Below, one piece after another: positions 26,724 to 35,422 of a stretch of 64,000 nt of DNA (the first letter of the stretch is position 1; every line of letters begins with the position of its first letter). A program made the position numbers and the translations under genes. The stretch spans positions 59,106-123,105 of the forward strand of contig JAGCPB010000058.1 in NCBI GenBank assembly GCA_017642425.1, written 5' to 3'. The DNA comes from Bacteroidaceae bacterium (GTDB lineage Bacteria; Bacteroidota; Bacteroidia; Bacteroidales; Bacteroidaceae). Under the pieces are notes generated by a model that worked only from the letters and a program-made list of their open reading frames with translations, had not been told where the DNA came from and did not search any database.

Positions 26724-28178
26724 TCAGAATACCCAGCCTATTTTGAATGTGGTAACAAAGATTCTGGCCTTAGGATCTCCGGCTTTTGTATCAAACATGT
26801 CATTCAGCTGATTCAGGAAATAGTCCTCAAAGAACAGATGGCCCATTTTCATTCCGAACATGAAATGATATCCCCACTGCATATCTGTAGTCTTGTAATT
26901 GAGGTCACCCTCAAGTGATGAATTAAAGACATAACGTGCATTGGCTCCTATACCGAAGTAGATTCTTACCGTAGGATCGATATTCTGTACAATAAAAGTT
27001 GCGGGCACCTCTACCGCCTTTTGACGGTATAAGAGTGATGATCCGTAGAGGTCTGTCTGATTAGGGAACAAGCACTTGGAGTCTTGGTATGAAACGCCCA
27101 GACGATATCCTCTGAACTTATGATTGTACTGAACCGACATACCGGCATTCCAGCCGAATTTGCCGTTTGTTGTCAGACCTGCATCCGGGAAACTGATTGA
27201 TGTTCCGGTAAAGCCTGCACCGACAAAGAGTTCAAACGGTTTGTTATTTCCGGAATGGATATAAGCGTTTTTTCCTGTGGGACCGAATTCCGGATCCGAT
27301 GCCATCTGAGTAGTCACCCTTGAGATGAAACATGTGATTTCTTCAAGGCCGTCATAATCAATCAGGTCGGCATCATCGGCGGGCTTGTGATACGGAGACT
27401 TTAATCCTGTAAACACATGAAGTGTGGGAACATTATAGTTTCTGGCAAAACTGCGTGTATCAGTTGCAGTCATGACGGCCGTCTCAAAATCACTGATCTT
27501 GAGCTTAAGATTGCCTGCGTTGTCCTCCAGAAGTTTCTTACCGTCTTTGAAGGTGCCTGCACCAAGCAGTTCCAGTTTGCCGTTCTTGGCATACCAGCCC
27601 ACCATGTCGATGCTCATCATGCACTTGACCTGATGTATCTGGCCTGATTCCATCATCTTGGATGCCAGAGCCTCTGAGCCCCAAAGACCCTTCTCTTCAC
27701 CGTCAAAAGCAGCAATGATAACACTGCGCTTTAGCTGGCTCTGATTCTCCTTGATCATGCGTGCTATCTCGATGAGAGCGGTTGAACCCGATGCGTTGTC
27801 ATCGGCCCCGTTACAGATCTGGCCGTTCTTGTAGCCTATATGGTCAAAATGCGCACCCAGAAGTATGTATTCGTCTTTCAGTACAGGATCATTGCCGGGA
27901 ATGATTCCCACCAGGTTGGCCATATTCAAGCCTTCGCGAGAAAACGGAATTTCAAAACCCTCTTGGGTAAAGAACGGTTCAATTCCTATCTCCTTCCATT
28001 GATCAAGAATGTATGCACGTGCTTTTATACCGTCCTCGGATCCGGCCTCGCGTCCGTGAAGTGAATCCGATGCAAGATAATACAGATGTTTCTCAAGTCT
28101 GGCCTTACGGTCATTGTTCTGTGCGTTGGAAAAGGAAACTGCAATAATGCAGGCAAATAAGATGATTGCTTTTTTCAT
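26724..28178 (-). CDS. M28-family metallopeptidase fused to a C-terminal beta-barrel-like domain
   Basis: 484 aa with a signal peptide. M28 motifs GAHFDHIG, GADDNASG, FDGEEKGLWGS and a later SPYHKP motif. The last ~175 aa alternate hydrophobic and polar residues and end ...FKIGWVF. Confidence 0.8.
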   Translation of the reverse strand: MKKAIILFACIIAVSFSNAQNNDRKARLEKHLYYLASDSLHGREAGSEDGIKARAYILDQWKEIGIEPFFTQEGFEIPFSREGLNMANLVGIIPGNDPVLKDEYILLGAHFDHIGYKNGQICNGADDNASGSTALIEIARMIKENQSQLKRSVIIAAFDGEEKGLWGSEALASKMMESGQIHQVKCMMSIDMVGWYAKNGKLELLGAGTFKDGKKLLEDNAGNLKLKISDFETAVMTATDTRSFARNYNVPTLHVFTGLKSPYHKPADDADLIDYDGLEEITCFISRVTTQMASDPEFGPTGKNAYIHSGNNKPFELFVGAGFTGTSISFPDAGLTTNGKFGWNAGMSVQYNHKFRGYRLGVSYQDSKCLFPNQTDLYGSSLLYRQKAVEVPATFIVQNIDPTVRIYFGIGANARYVFNSSLEGDLNYKTTDMQWGYHFMFGMKMGHLFFEDYFLNQLNDMFDTKAGDPKARIFVTTFKIGWVF

Positions 28179-28263
28179 TTCAGTTATAGTTTTGAGTATT
28201 ATTGGTTTTCCGGGCCGCTAAATTACAAAAAAAAACATGACCTTTTATGAATAGAGGCTGTAA

Positions 28264-28305
28264 TGAACACATTGGGGACGGTTCGAACCGTCCCCAATGT
28301 GTTCA
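28264..28305. repeat. Perfect spacer-less 42-bp palindrome (core TGGGGACGGTTC|GAACCGTCCCCA)
   Basis: tgaacacattggggacggttc|gaaccgtccccaatgtgttca, with every position paired. A flanking 5-bp outer stem (aggct/agcct) extends the element to 28255-28311. Confidence 0.9.
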
Positions 28306-28318
28306 GAGCCTAAATGCC

Positions 28319-29290
28319 TCAGAACTCAATCAGTATAGGCCGATGGTCTGACGGAATCCAGTACGATGCACCCTGTTCACGGCGCTGCTCAGTATAACCG
28401 GAGTTCAGTATCTCGGCACTCTTGATCTGCTTGATTACAGGTTCGGTGGCGTAGATGAAGTCTATGCGGCGGCCGTTCTGGCTGGACTGGATGAACTCTC
28501 CAGGATGCTTGTTGGCTATCACGTCTATATATGGAGTCTTGTTCCTGATATAATCATGCACGCAGTAGATTGATGAATCGGCCGACAGCTTGTAGTGGTC
28601 ATTGTCAAGGCTTGAGATTGAGTTGAAATCGCCCATCATTAGCCACAACTCATTCTCGGGATGCTCACGGGTAAGAATGGTCTGGTTGCAGACGTACTCC
28701 ACCTCTTTCTTGCGGAACTCATCACTACCGCCACCGCCTCCGGGGCCGCCCATTCCACCAAATCCGCCAAAGCCACCAGAAGGTCTGCCGCTGCCGCCTG
28801 ACGGACGTCCGCCTCCGAATCCGCCCATCCCGCCGGCACCCATTGCAAACGGCATGGCGTGCATGCATACTATATTATAGGTCTTGCCGTCCATCTCAAT
28901 CTGGACCCAGCCTGCACCATGACCTACAATGGTATCGTTACCGCCCGGTATTCTCTTAACGTTGTTGATGGGATGCTTTGAAGTTATGACCTGAGGAGAA
29001 TTATCCTGCTCAACAGCCAGATATACATACGGGTGTCCGTAACGGGCAGCCACCTTGTCCCAGTTGGCAGGCAGATACGGTTCCTGACCTGACTCAAGAT
29101 GGGTTGTCTTGGCTTCACAGAATACACAGACATCAGGGTCCGTGGTCTTGAGGAACTCCACAAAGTTGTCATAATTGTTGGCCTGGTCTGACCACATTCC
29201 ATCCTGAATGTTCCAGGAAATAAGCTTTCTAGCCTGAACTGTGCCCACAGCCACTATGGCCATAAGACCACAAAACAAATACTTACGCAT
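28319..29290 (-). CDS. Secreted endonuclease/exonuclease/phosphatase (EEP) family protein with an internal Gly-rich insert
   Basis: 323 aa from ATG at 29290 with signal peptide MRKYLFCGLMAIVAVGTVQA. EEP-like motifs WNIQDG, VCVFCE, GDFNS and SDHRP. The track ORF runs on through the tRNA gene and was trimmed. Confidence 0.75.
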   Translation of the reverse strand: MRKYLFCGLMAIVAVGTVQARKLISWNIQDGMWSDQANNYDNFVEFLKTTDPDVCVFCEAKTTHLESGQEPYLPANWDKVAARYGHPYVYLAVEQDNSPQVITSKHPINNVKRIPGGNDTIVGHGAGWVQIEMDGKTYNIVCMHAMPFAMGAGGMGGFGGGRPSGGSGRPSGGFGGFGGMGGPGGGGGSDEFRKKEVEYVCNQTILTREHPENELWLMMGDFNSISSLDNDHYKLSADSSIYCVHDYIRNKTPYIDVIANKHPGEFIQSSQNGRRIDFIYATEPVIKQIKSAEILNSGYTEQRREQGASYWIPSDHRPILIEF

Positions 29291-29312
29291 AATGTTAGTC
29301 CTTTTGTTAGTC

Positions 29313-29320
29313 CAAAAGTA
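29313..29320 (-). promoter_or_regulatory. -7 promoter box (TACTTTTG) for the EEP gene
   Basis: TAnnTTTG match 22 nt upstream of the ATG at 29290. Confidence 0.4.
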
Positions 29321-29327
29321 CAAATTT

Positions 29328-29355
29328 GGAATTGAAAAATGAAAATTGAGAATTA
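29328..29355. repeat. Degenerate heptamer array (ggaattg aaaaatg aaaattg agaatta)
   Basis: 7-nt periodicity. Positions 29335-29354 are 20/20 identical to 59285-59304. Confidence 0.6.
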
Positions 29356-29407
29356 TATGTAACGTTTCTGCGTAAAAAAAAATTGGTTCTTCATCCGCAG
29401 CGTCCAC

Positions 29408-29441
29408 AAAAAAAGGAGCCTCGACTGAGACTCCTTTTTTT
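29408..29441 (-). terminator. Hairpin terminator immediately 3' of tRNA-Val
   Basis: aaaaaaaggag ... ctccttttttt, an A/T-extended stem with a 12-nt loop. Confidence 0.6.
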
Positions 29442-29442
29442 G

Positions 29443-29517
29443 TGGGCGTTGACGGATTCGAACCGCCGACCCTCTGCTTGTAAGGCAGATGCTCTGAACC
29501 AGCTGAGCTAAACGCCC
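29443..29517 (-). tRNA. tRNA-Val (anticodon TAC)
   Basis: Reverse complement reads GGGCGTTTAGCTCAGCTGGTTCAGAGCATCTGCCTTACAAGCAGAGGGTCGGCGGTTCGAATCCGTCAACGCCCA. It has a 7-bp acceptor stem, the anticodon loop CTTACAA and the T-loop GGTTCGAATCC. CCA is not encoded. Confidence 0.95.
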
Positions 29518-29538
29518 GTGCTTTCCGTAAAAGCGGTG

Positions 29539-29546
29539 CAAAGATA
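29539..29546 (-). promoter_or_regulatory. -7 promoter box (TATCTTTG) for tRNA-Val
   Basis: TAnnTTTG match 22 nt upstream of the mature tRNA 5' end. Confidence 0.45.
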
Positions 29547-29654
29547 AGCACTTTTGCGTACAGCCAAAAACTTTCGGTCCTTTTTTTGCAATATTTTTCC
29601 ACGTGTGGCTCTTTTATGGTATCTTCGCGGTGCAAAAAACACATAATATATAAA

Positions 29655-30647
29655 ATGGAAACAGTTCTCAGCGGCATACGCCCCACAGGAAACCTTCACC
29701 TGGGTAATTACTACGGTGCAGTGACAAGCTTCATCAAGCTTCAGGATTTATACAGATGCTTCTTCTTCATTGCAGACTGGCACTCCCTGACCACTCACCC
29801 CACCCCTGAGAATATACAGAACAGTGTCCGTACCATCCTGGCCGAGTATCTGGCCTGCGGTCTGGACCCCGAGAAAGCTACGATATATGTTCAGAGTGAT
29901 GTACCTGAGGTAGTTGAACTCTATCTCTATCTTAATATGAACGCCTATCTGGGCGAGCTGGAGCGCGTCACCTCTTTCAAGGAGAAGGCCCGCAAGCAAC
30001 CTGACAACGTAAACGCCGGACTGCTCACATACCCCACCCTTATGGCATCGGACATCATTATTCACAAGGCCAATAAGGTTCCCGTAGGTAAGGATCAGGA
30101 GCAGAACATGGAGATGGCCCGCAAGTTTGCACGCCGTTTCAACCAGATGTACAAGGTTGATTTCTTTCCCGAGCCCGCATCATTCTCACTGGTCAAGGAG
30201 GGCGGCATAAAGATTCCGGGACTGGACGGATCGGGCAAGATGGGCAAGAGCGAGGGCAACTGCATCTACCTGTGCGATGAACCTTCAGTAATCCGCAAAA
30301 AGGTGATGAAAGCCGTTACCGATGCAGGTCCGCAAGCCATGAACAGCGAGAAACCGGATGTTATCCAGAACCTTTTCACCCTACTGGATGTGGTTTCATC
30401 AAAAGAGACATACAACTACTTTAACGACAAGTGGAATGACTGCACGCTGCGCTACGGTGACCTAAAGAAACAACTTGCCGAAGACATTGTTGCAGCAACA
30501 GATCCCATCCGCGAGCGCATAAAGGAATATGCAAGCAACACCGAGCTGCTTGACCGTATTGCACGCGCCGGTGCCGAGAAGGCACGTGAGAGTGCATCCA
30601 AGACTCTGCGCGAGGTGCGTCAGATCATCGGATTCAAGGTTTATTGA
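29655..30647 (+). CDS. trpS: Tryptophan--tRNA ligase
   Basis: 330 aa from ATG at 29655 (METVLSGIRPTGNLHLGNYYGA). Has the HIGH-type motif and the KMGKS (KMSKS) motif. Confidence 0.95.
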   Translation: METVLSGIRPTGNLHLGNYYGAVTSFIKLQDLYRCFFFIADWHSLTTHPTPENIQNSVRTILAEYLACGLDPEKATIYVQSDVPEVVELYLYLNMNAYLGELERVTSFKEKARKQPDNVNAGLLTYPTLMASDIIIHKANKVPVGKDQEQNMEMARKFARRFNQMYKVDFFPEPASFSLVKEGGIKIPGLDGSGKMGKSEGNCIYLCDEPSVIRKKVMKAVTDAGPQAMNSEKPDVIQNLFTLLDVVSSKETYNYFNDKWNDCTLRYGDLKKQLAEDIVAATDPIRERIKEYASNTELLDRIARAGAEKARESASKTLREVRQIIGFKVY

Positions 30648-30670
30648 ACACCAAAACAAAAAAGGACTAT

Positions 30671-31609
30671 ATGAGCAAAATCAAGGACGCAGCAAACACT
30701 GCGTGGAATGCGGTACAGACATGGACTTTCTGGAAAGAGTTGTTCATAATGACAGCCGGTATGGCTGTTGCGGCTCTTGCCGTAAACTATTTTCTGGTTC
30801 CCGGAAAACTTATTGTAGGCAGCATATCCGGTCTATCCATTGTATTAAGCGGAATCTTTGAAATGATTGGTATGCCTGTCAAGGTATCGACCGTAATCAT
30901 TATCATTAACGCCGTCCTGCTCATACTTGCTTATCTGCTTATTGACAAAGAATTTGGTATAAAGACGGTATATACCGCCATGATACTGGGACCACTCATG
31001 GAGATGTGGGAGAAAATCCTGCCCACATCAAAACTTCTCACTGACGGCACATCGGTCATGGGCGATGTCTGGCTGGACCTATGCTGTTTTGTGCTGCTGC
31101 TCAGTGCATCGCAGGCCATCCTGTTCCATATAAACGCTTCAACCGGCGGTCTGGATATTCTGGCCAAGATAGTGAACAAGTACCTGCATTTTGACATAGG
31201 CGCATCCATATCCGTAGCCGGCGCTATCATCTGCTGTTCGGCTTTTGCCATCAACCCGTTCCGTATGGTGGTGGTAGGTCTGATCGGCACCTGGATAAAC
31301 GGAATAGTGGTGGATTACTTCACTGCCAGCATAAACAAGAGAAAGAGGGTGTGTATCATATCCTCAAGTCATGAGATACTGCGCAAATACATTATTGAGG
31401 AGCTGGACCGCGGATGCAGTCTTTATAAAGTGACAGGCGGATACAGCGGTAAGGAGAACGTAGAGATCCAGGCTCTGCTTACTCAGGATGAGTTCTCAAG
31501 TCTTATGGACTATATGAAAAAGAATGATATCCACGGATTCATTACCGCCGGTAACGTAAGTGAAATCTACGGACTCTGGAACAAGCACAAACGCGGTCCG
31601 ATAGGCTGA
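30671..31609 (+). CDS. YitT-family membrane protein (DUF2179 C-terminal domain)
   Basis: 312 aa from ATG at 30671. Has multiple TM helices and a C-terminal soluble domain (LYKVTGGYSG...). Confidence 0.8.
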   Translation: MSKIKDAANTAWNAVQTWTFWKELFIMTAGMAVAALAVNYFLVPGKLIVGSISGLSIVLSGIFEMIGMPVKVSTVIIIINAVLLILAYLLIDKEFGIKTVYTAMILGPLMEMWEKILPTSKLLTDGTSVMGDVWLDLCCFVLLLSASQAILFHINASTGGLDILAKIVNKYLHFDIGASISVAGAIICCSAFAINPFRMVVVGLIGTWINGIVVDYFTASINKRKRVCIISSSHEILRKYIIEELDRGCSLYKVTGGYSGKENVEIQALLTQDEFSSLMDYMKKNDIHGFITAGNVSEIYGLWNKHKRGPIG

Positions 31610-31634
31610 TGCTGACCTGACCACTAAGCGGGCG

Positions 31635-33443
31635 TTAGAACCACTTGGAGATCTCCTCTTCAGATTTAATCACATATACGGTCTTGCCGTCAGGTGTGCG
31701 TGAAGGCATGCTGCATGCCTTGAGTGAACGCACCAGTTCCTGCATCTCATTCTCTGACAGACGGCGGCCAGCCGGAATGGCGGCCTTACGTGCCATAGCC
31801 AGCGCCAAGCTCTCAAGCTGGCGTTCCTCCTCGCGGGTAGGGTTGATACGCAGGTCGGCAATCATATCGGTAATAAGACGCTCATAATCCTGTCCCTCCA
31901 GACCGGATGGAATACCCTGCACTGCAATCGCTCCACGACCCATATCTGACAGGTCAAACCCCAACGCTGCAAAACAGGGTTTGAGTTCTGCAAAAGCTGC
32001 CGCGTCAGTGGCAGAAAGCTGGAACATCTCGGGGAACAACAGACCCTGCGATGCGGCACTATGACCCTTGGCGTCGGCTATGAATCTGTCATACAGCACC
32101 CTTAAATGGGCACGGTGCTGGTCAATTAGCATAAGGCCCTGATCTGACGGAACAAGTATGTACCGGTCTGCAAACTGGTATGGTTTGAGCGGCTCATCCT
32201 CTGCCTTGACAAAAGACTCACTCATGGGCTTGAACGGAATACCGCCGTCATTGACCTTTCGCTCAATGACATCACCGTACAGTTTGCTCCAGTTCTCCCT
32301 GTTGGTCCGCGTCTGCGCTGATTCACTGCGGCTGCCCGAGAACGGATTGAAGTCAGGATTGTAGCTGACCCTAGGCTGTGTCACAGGATGTGTCGGGTTA
32401 TATATGGGTATATCCGGCATATCAGCCGTGTCAAAATCTATCTTTGGCATCTCCTCAAAACGGCCCACGGTCTCCTTTACCGCAGCCATGAGAATCTTCC
32501 ATATAACCTGCTCGTCCTGGAACTTTATCTCAGTCTTGGTAGGATGTATGTTAACGTCTATGGTATCGGGGGGAACGTTCAGGAACAGAAAGTATAAAGG
32601 CTGGTCACCCTCCGGGACAAGGCCCTCATATGCGCTCATGACAGCCTTGTGGAAATAGGGATGGCGCATGAACCTGCCGTTCACAAAGAAGAACTGCTTG
32701 GCACCGCGACCTTTCACGTTATCCAGATTGGAGCAGAATCCGCTCACCTTCACGACCGATGTCTCAACCTCAACCGGCAGCAGAGCCTCATTCATCTTAC
32801 GCCCGAAAAGGTTGACTATACGCTGCTTTATAGCAGACGGAGGCAGTGACAGCACCTGCTCGCCCTGATGGGTCAGTTCAACCGCCACCTCGGGATGAGC
32901 CAGAGCCACTCGCTCTATCTCAGTCAGTATGTGTCCGTATTCAGTCTGGTTGCTCTTAAGGAACTTGCGGCGTGCCGGAACGTTATAGAAAAGGTTACGG
33001 ACAGTGAAGTTGCTGCCTGCAGGGCATACGCACGGTTCCTCCTGCTCTATTTCTGAGGCCTTGATGGTTATTGCCGTCCCCATTTCTGCGTCAGCCGTAC
33101 GGGTACGCAACAAGACCTCGGCCACCGCGGCAATTGAAGGCAGAGCCTCTCCGCGGAATCCGAATGTGGTAAGTGAATAAAGGTCATCCGATTCGCTGAT
33201 CTTTGAGGTGGCGTGACGTTCAAAAGCAGTACGGGCATCGTCAGGGTTCATGCCGCAACCGTTGTCTATTACCTGGATGGAGGTACGGCCGGCATCAGTC
33301 AGCAACACCTTAATGCTGTCAGCGCCTGCATCGACAGCATTCTCAACCAACTCCTTTACCACCGATGCAGGGCGGTTCACCACCTCACCTGCAGCTATCT
33401 GGCTGGCCACCTGCTGAGAAAGAACCTTTACCTTACTCTCCAT
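31635..33443 (-). CDS. mutL: DNA mismatch repair protein MutL
   Basis: 602 aa with the GHKL N-terminus QIAAGEVVNRPASVVKELVENAVDAGA...IDNGCGM. Confidence 0.95.
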   Translation of the reverse strand: MESKVKVLSQQVASQIAAGEVVNRPASVVKELVENAVDAGADSIKVLLTDAGRTSIQVIDNGCGMNPDDARTAFERHATSKISESDDLYSLTTFGFRGEALPSIAAVAEVLLRTRTADAEMGTAITIKASEIEQEEPCVCPAGSNFTVRNLFYNVPARRKFLKSNQTEYGHILTEIERVALAHPEVAVELTHQGEQVLSLPPSAIKQRIVNLFGRKMNEALLPVEVETSVVKVSGFCSNLDNVKGRGAKQFFFVNGRFMRHPYFHKAVMSAYEGLVPEGDQPLYFLFLNVPPDTIDVNIHPTKTEIKFQDEQVIWKILMAAVKETVGRFEEMPKIDFDTADMPDIPIYNPTHPVTQPRVSYNPDFNPFSGSRSESAQTRTNRENWSKLYGDVIERKVNDGGIPFKPMSESFVKAEDEPLKPYQFADRYILVPSDQGLMLIDQHRAHLRVLYDRFIADAKGHSAASQGLLFPEMFQLSATDAAAFAELKPCFAALGFDLSDMGRGAIAVQGIPSGLEGQDYERLITDMIADLRINPTREEERQLESLALAMARKAAIPAGRRLSENEMQELVRSLKACSMPSRTPDGKTVYVIKSEEEISKWF

Positions 33444-33448
33444 ATTAT

Positions 33449-33742
33449 TCAGAGCAGATTTCCGTTAAGAATATTCAACAACAGCAGTATCAGAAGGAAA
33501 ATAAGCACAATGGCAACCGGAAAACTTATCCTTGGGCCCCCGTACTCCTTGCGTCGTTTAAGGTGCTTGGTACCCTCCACAAACTTACCGCGTATGCTCT
33601 CAGGGTTAAACTCCTCGGGAGGCAGCATACCCAGTTCACGCTTGGCATTCTCCTCAATCTTGGCCAACTTCTCCTTACGCTCGTCATAGTAGATATACTT
33701 ATGCTCAAAACGGCGCGGTTCCCTGACAGTGAACATTCCCAT
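33449..33742 (-). CDS. Small tail-anchored membrane protein, function unknown
   Basis: 97 aa. Charged N-terminal part and a single C-terminal TM helix (FPVAIVLIFLLILLLLNIL). Tightly packed between the OstA-like gene and mutL. Confidence 0.5.
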   Translation of the reverse strand: MGMFTVREPRRFEHKYIYYDERKEKLAKIEENAKRELGMLPPEEFNPESIRGKFVEGTKHLKRRKEYGGPRISFPVAIVLIFLLILLLLNILNGNLL

Positions 33743-33744
33743 AG

Positions 33745-35403
33745 CTAATTCTTATTTCTTTGTTTCAATGACGGAAGCGGCACCTCCTTTATGGAGTTGC
33801 TCTTCTTAAGTTGTTCTTCTACCCGCTTGCCGCGCCAGTAGAACACATCTTCGGCGTCAACAGGCCTTATTCTGGCAAACCAGTTGAAACTTGGCAGGTA
33901 CATCTTCTTCTGGTCAATCTTCTCCATGGGGTACATTATTCCATTGGAATGACTCCTGATTACTATCCTGTCAACCGCACGCATCTTAAAGTAGACGGTA
34001 AGGTTTGACGCCTCGGTGGTATTCATCCCTATCATTGCGGAATCACCGTCCAAAGGATAGAAGACAGCCTGGACATTACCTATCACATCGGTATAATCAA
34101 TTTCACCGCCGGTAAAATAGGCCTTCATCTCACGGCCGGCTATCTGATTATAATGAACGGTATCATTCATCTGGACAAAAAGCGCCTGACCTATCACATG
34201 AGCCCAGTCAATGGTACTGTCATTCATGTAGAATATAATCTTCTCGCCAAGCACCTGCTGGTCTTCATTCCAGACTATGGGATCATGGAATAGTGTAAGA
34301 CTGGAATCCAACGATGTGAACACCATCGAGTCTGCAACCATCTGCATATCGGGACGGAAAGCGCGTACCCTGTTGAATCCGCGCATCTGACGCTCCACAA
34401 CACTGTCACCGGCCTCATTATAGAATGTTACCAGACGGAAAGTGTCGGCGTGTACAAACAGACTGTCGCCCATGGAATACTCTATCAGAAGAGCCTTTCC
34501 GGTTACTACCGCCGAATCATTGTTCTGGTTGTAATATGCATATTCTCCGTTTACATCCACCTTATCCTTGAAGTTATTGATGACCACGCCACCGTATCCC
34601 CTCACAATGCCGATGGCTTTTTCATAGATGATGCTGTCACCCGTCATGCGGTTGTCTCCGTTGCCCGATAACACTACCGAACGGTCCAAAAGCACCGCGT
34701 TATTGCTGTCTGTATTGAACTGCCCGCGACTGGTGGTTATATGATTATCCTCATTGACAATCTCAGTAGGACAGGTAATGAATGCCGTATGCAGGTCCGT
34801 GTTGTAAACCAGCGTATCGGTGGTAAGGGTATAATCAGGGTTCTCCATAGAAACACCGTCTATGAATGTGGCCAGATTGGTGTTTGTTTCAAACTGCCCG
34901 TATTCCGAAATAAGGGTACTCTCCTCATCAAGCAGCGTGCCGCCGTCAAAGAACCATCCCAGCCCGGTGTTACGGTCATAGTTCAGGCTGTCCGTGAGAA
35001 GTATCATGGTACGGTTCTCAAGACGTACGTTGTCACGGACTCTGAGCAGTCTGGTCATACCGTCATAAAACAGAGAATCGCCATAAAGGAACAGAGTATC
35101 TCCCTGCTCAACCCTGACATTATGGTATGCATCGAATGAGTTCTTTTCCTTGTAGAAAAGGGCGCTGTCACAATACATATACATGCTGTCATGACGGAAC
35201 ACCACGTTTCCCATAAGACGCTGGGCATCAGGATTTATATAACTGTCAAATCTTATAAGGTCTGCATTGAGCAGATATACCCAATCAGTATCAACAGGTT
35301 CAGGCTCAATATCGGCATTAAGCGTATCTCTTGCATTCTGCGCTCCCACCGTTGTCATGAGGCACAGCATACAAAGCAAGGACAATATCCTGAATCTGAA
35401 CAT
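33745..35403 (-). CDS. OstA-like (LptA/LptD N-domain-like) periplasmic protein
   Basis: 552 aa with a signal peptide. Long repetitive beta-jellyroll-like sequence (D/N/G/Y-rich strands). The family call is from memory of the conserved Bacteroides neighbourhood. Confidence 0.6.
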   Translation of the reverse strand: MFRFRILSLLCMLCLMTTVGAQNARDTLNADIEPEPVDTDWVYLLNADLIRFDSYINPDAQRLMGNVVFRHDSMYMYCDSALFYKEKNSFDAYHNVRVEQGDTLFLYGDSLFYDGMTRLLRVRDNVRLENRTMILLTDSLNYDRNTGLGWFFDGGTLLDEESTLISEYGQFETNTNLATFIDGVSMENPDYTLTTDTLVYNTDLHTAFITCPTEIVNEDNHITTSRGQFNTDSNNAVLLDRSVVLSGNGDNRMTGDSIIYEKAIGIVRGYGGVVINNFKDKVDVNGEYAYYNQNNDSAVVTGKALLIEYSMGDSLFVHADTFRLVTFYNEAGDSVVERQMRGFNRVRAFRPDMQMVADSMVFTSLDSSLTLFHDPIVWNEDQQVLGEKIIFYMNDSTIDWAHVIGQALFVQMNDTVHYNQIAGREMKAYFTGGEIDYTDVIGNVQAVFYPLDGDSAMIGMNTTEASNLTVYFKMRAVDRIVIRSHSNGIMYPMEKIDQKKMYLPSFNWFARIRPVDAEDVFYWRGKRVEEQLKKSNSIKEVPLPSLKQRNKN

Positions 35404-35422
35404 TCCTTCCGTTTAAAACAGA

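Noticed and set aside
28278-28291. GGTTCGAACC at the palindrome centre resembling a tRNA T-arm (possible tRNA fragment or att site)
   Set aside because: No acceptor, D or anticodon arms flank it. There is no integrase nearby, and it does not duplicate the 3' end of the adjacent tRNA-Val.
28602-28880. 92-aa proline-rich ORF antisense to the EEP gene
   Set aside because: It is the reverse-complement reading of the Gly-rich insert (GGN becomes NCC). There is no promoter or start context.
29443-29517. tRNA-Val as an integration hotspot for a genomic island
   Set aside because: No integrase, direct repeat of the tRNA 3' end, or mobile genes lie on either side. The flanking genes are ordinary chromosomal genes.
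29291-29686. 5' extension of the EEP ORF (455 aa in the track) running across the tRNA-Val gene
   Set aside because: The extension reads through a tRNA and its terminator. A signal peptide begins exactly at the internal ATG (29290), which is preceded by a -7 box.
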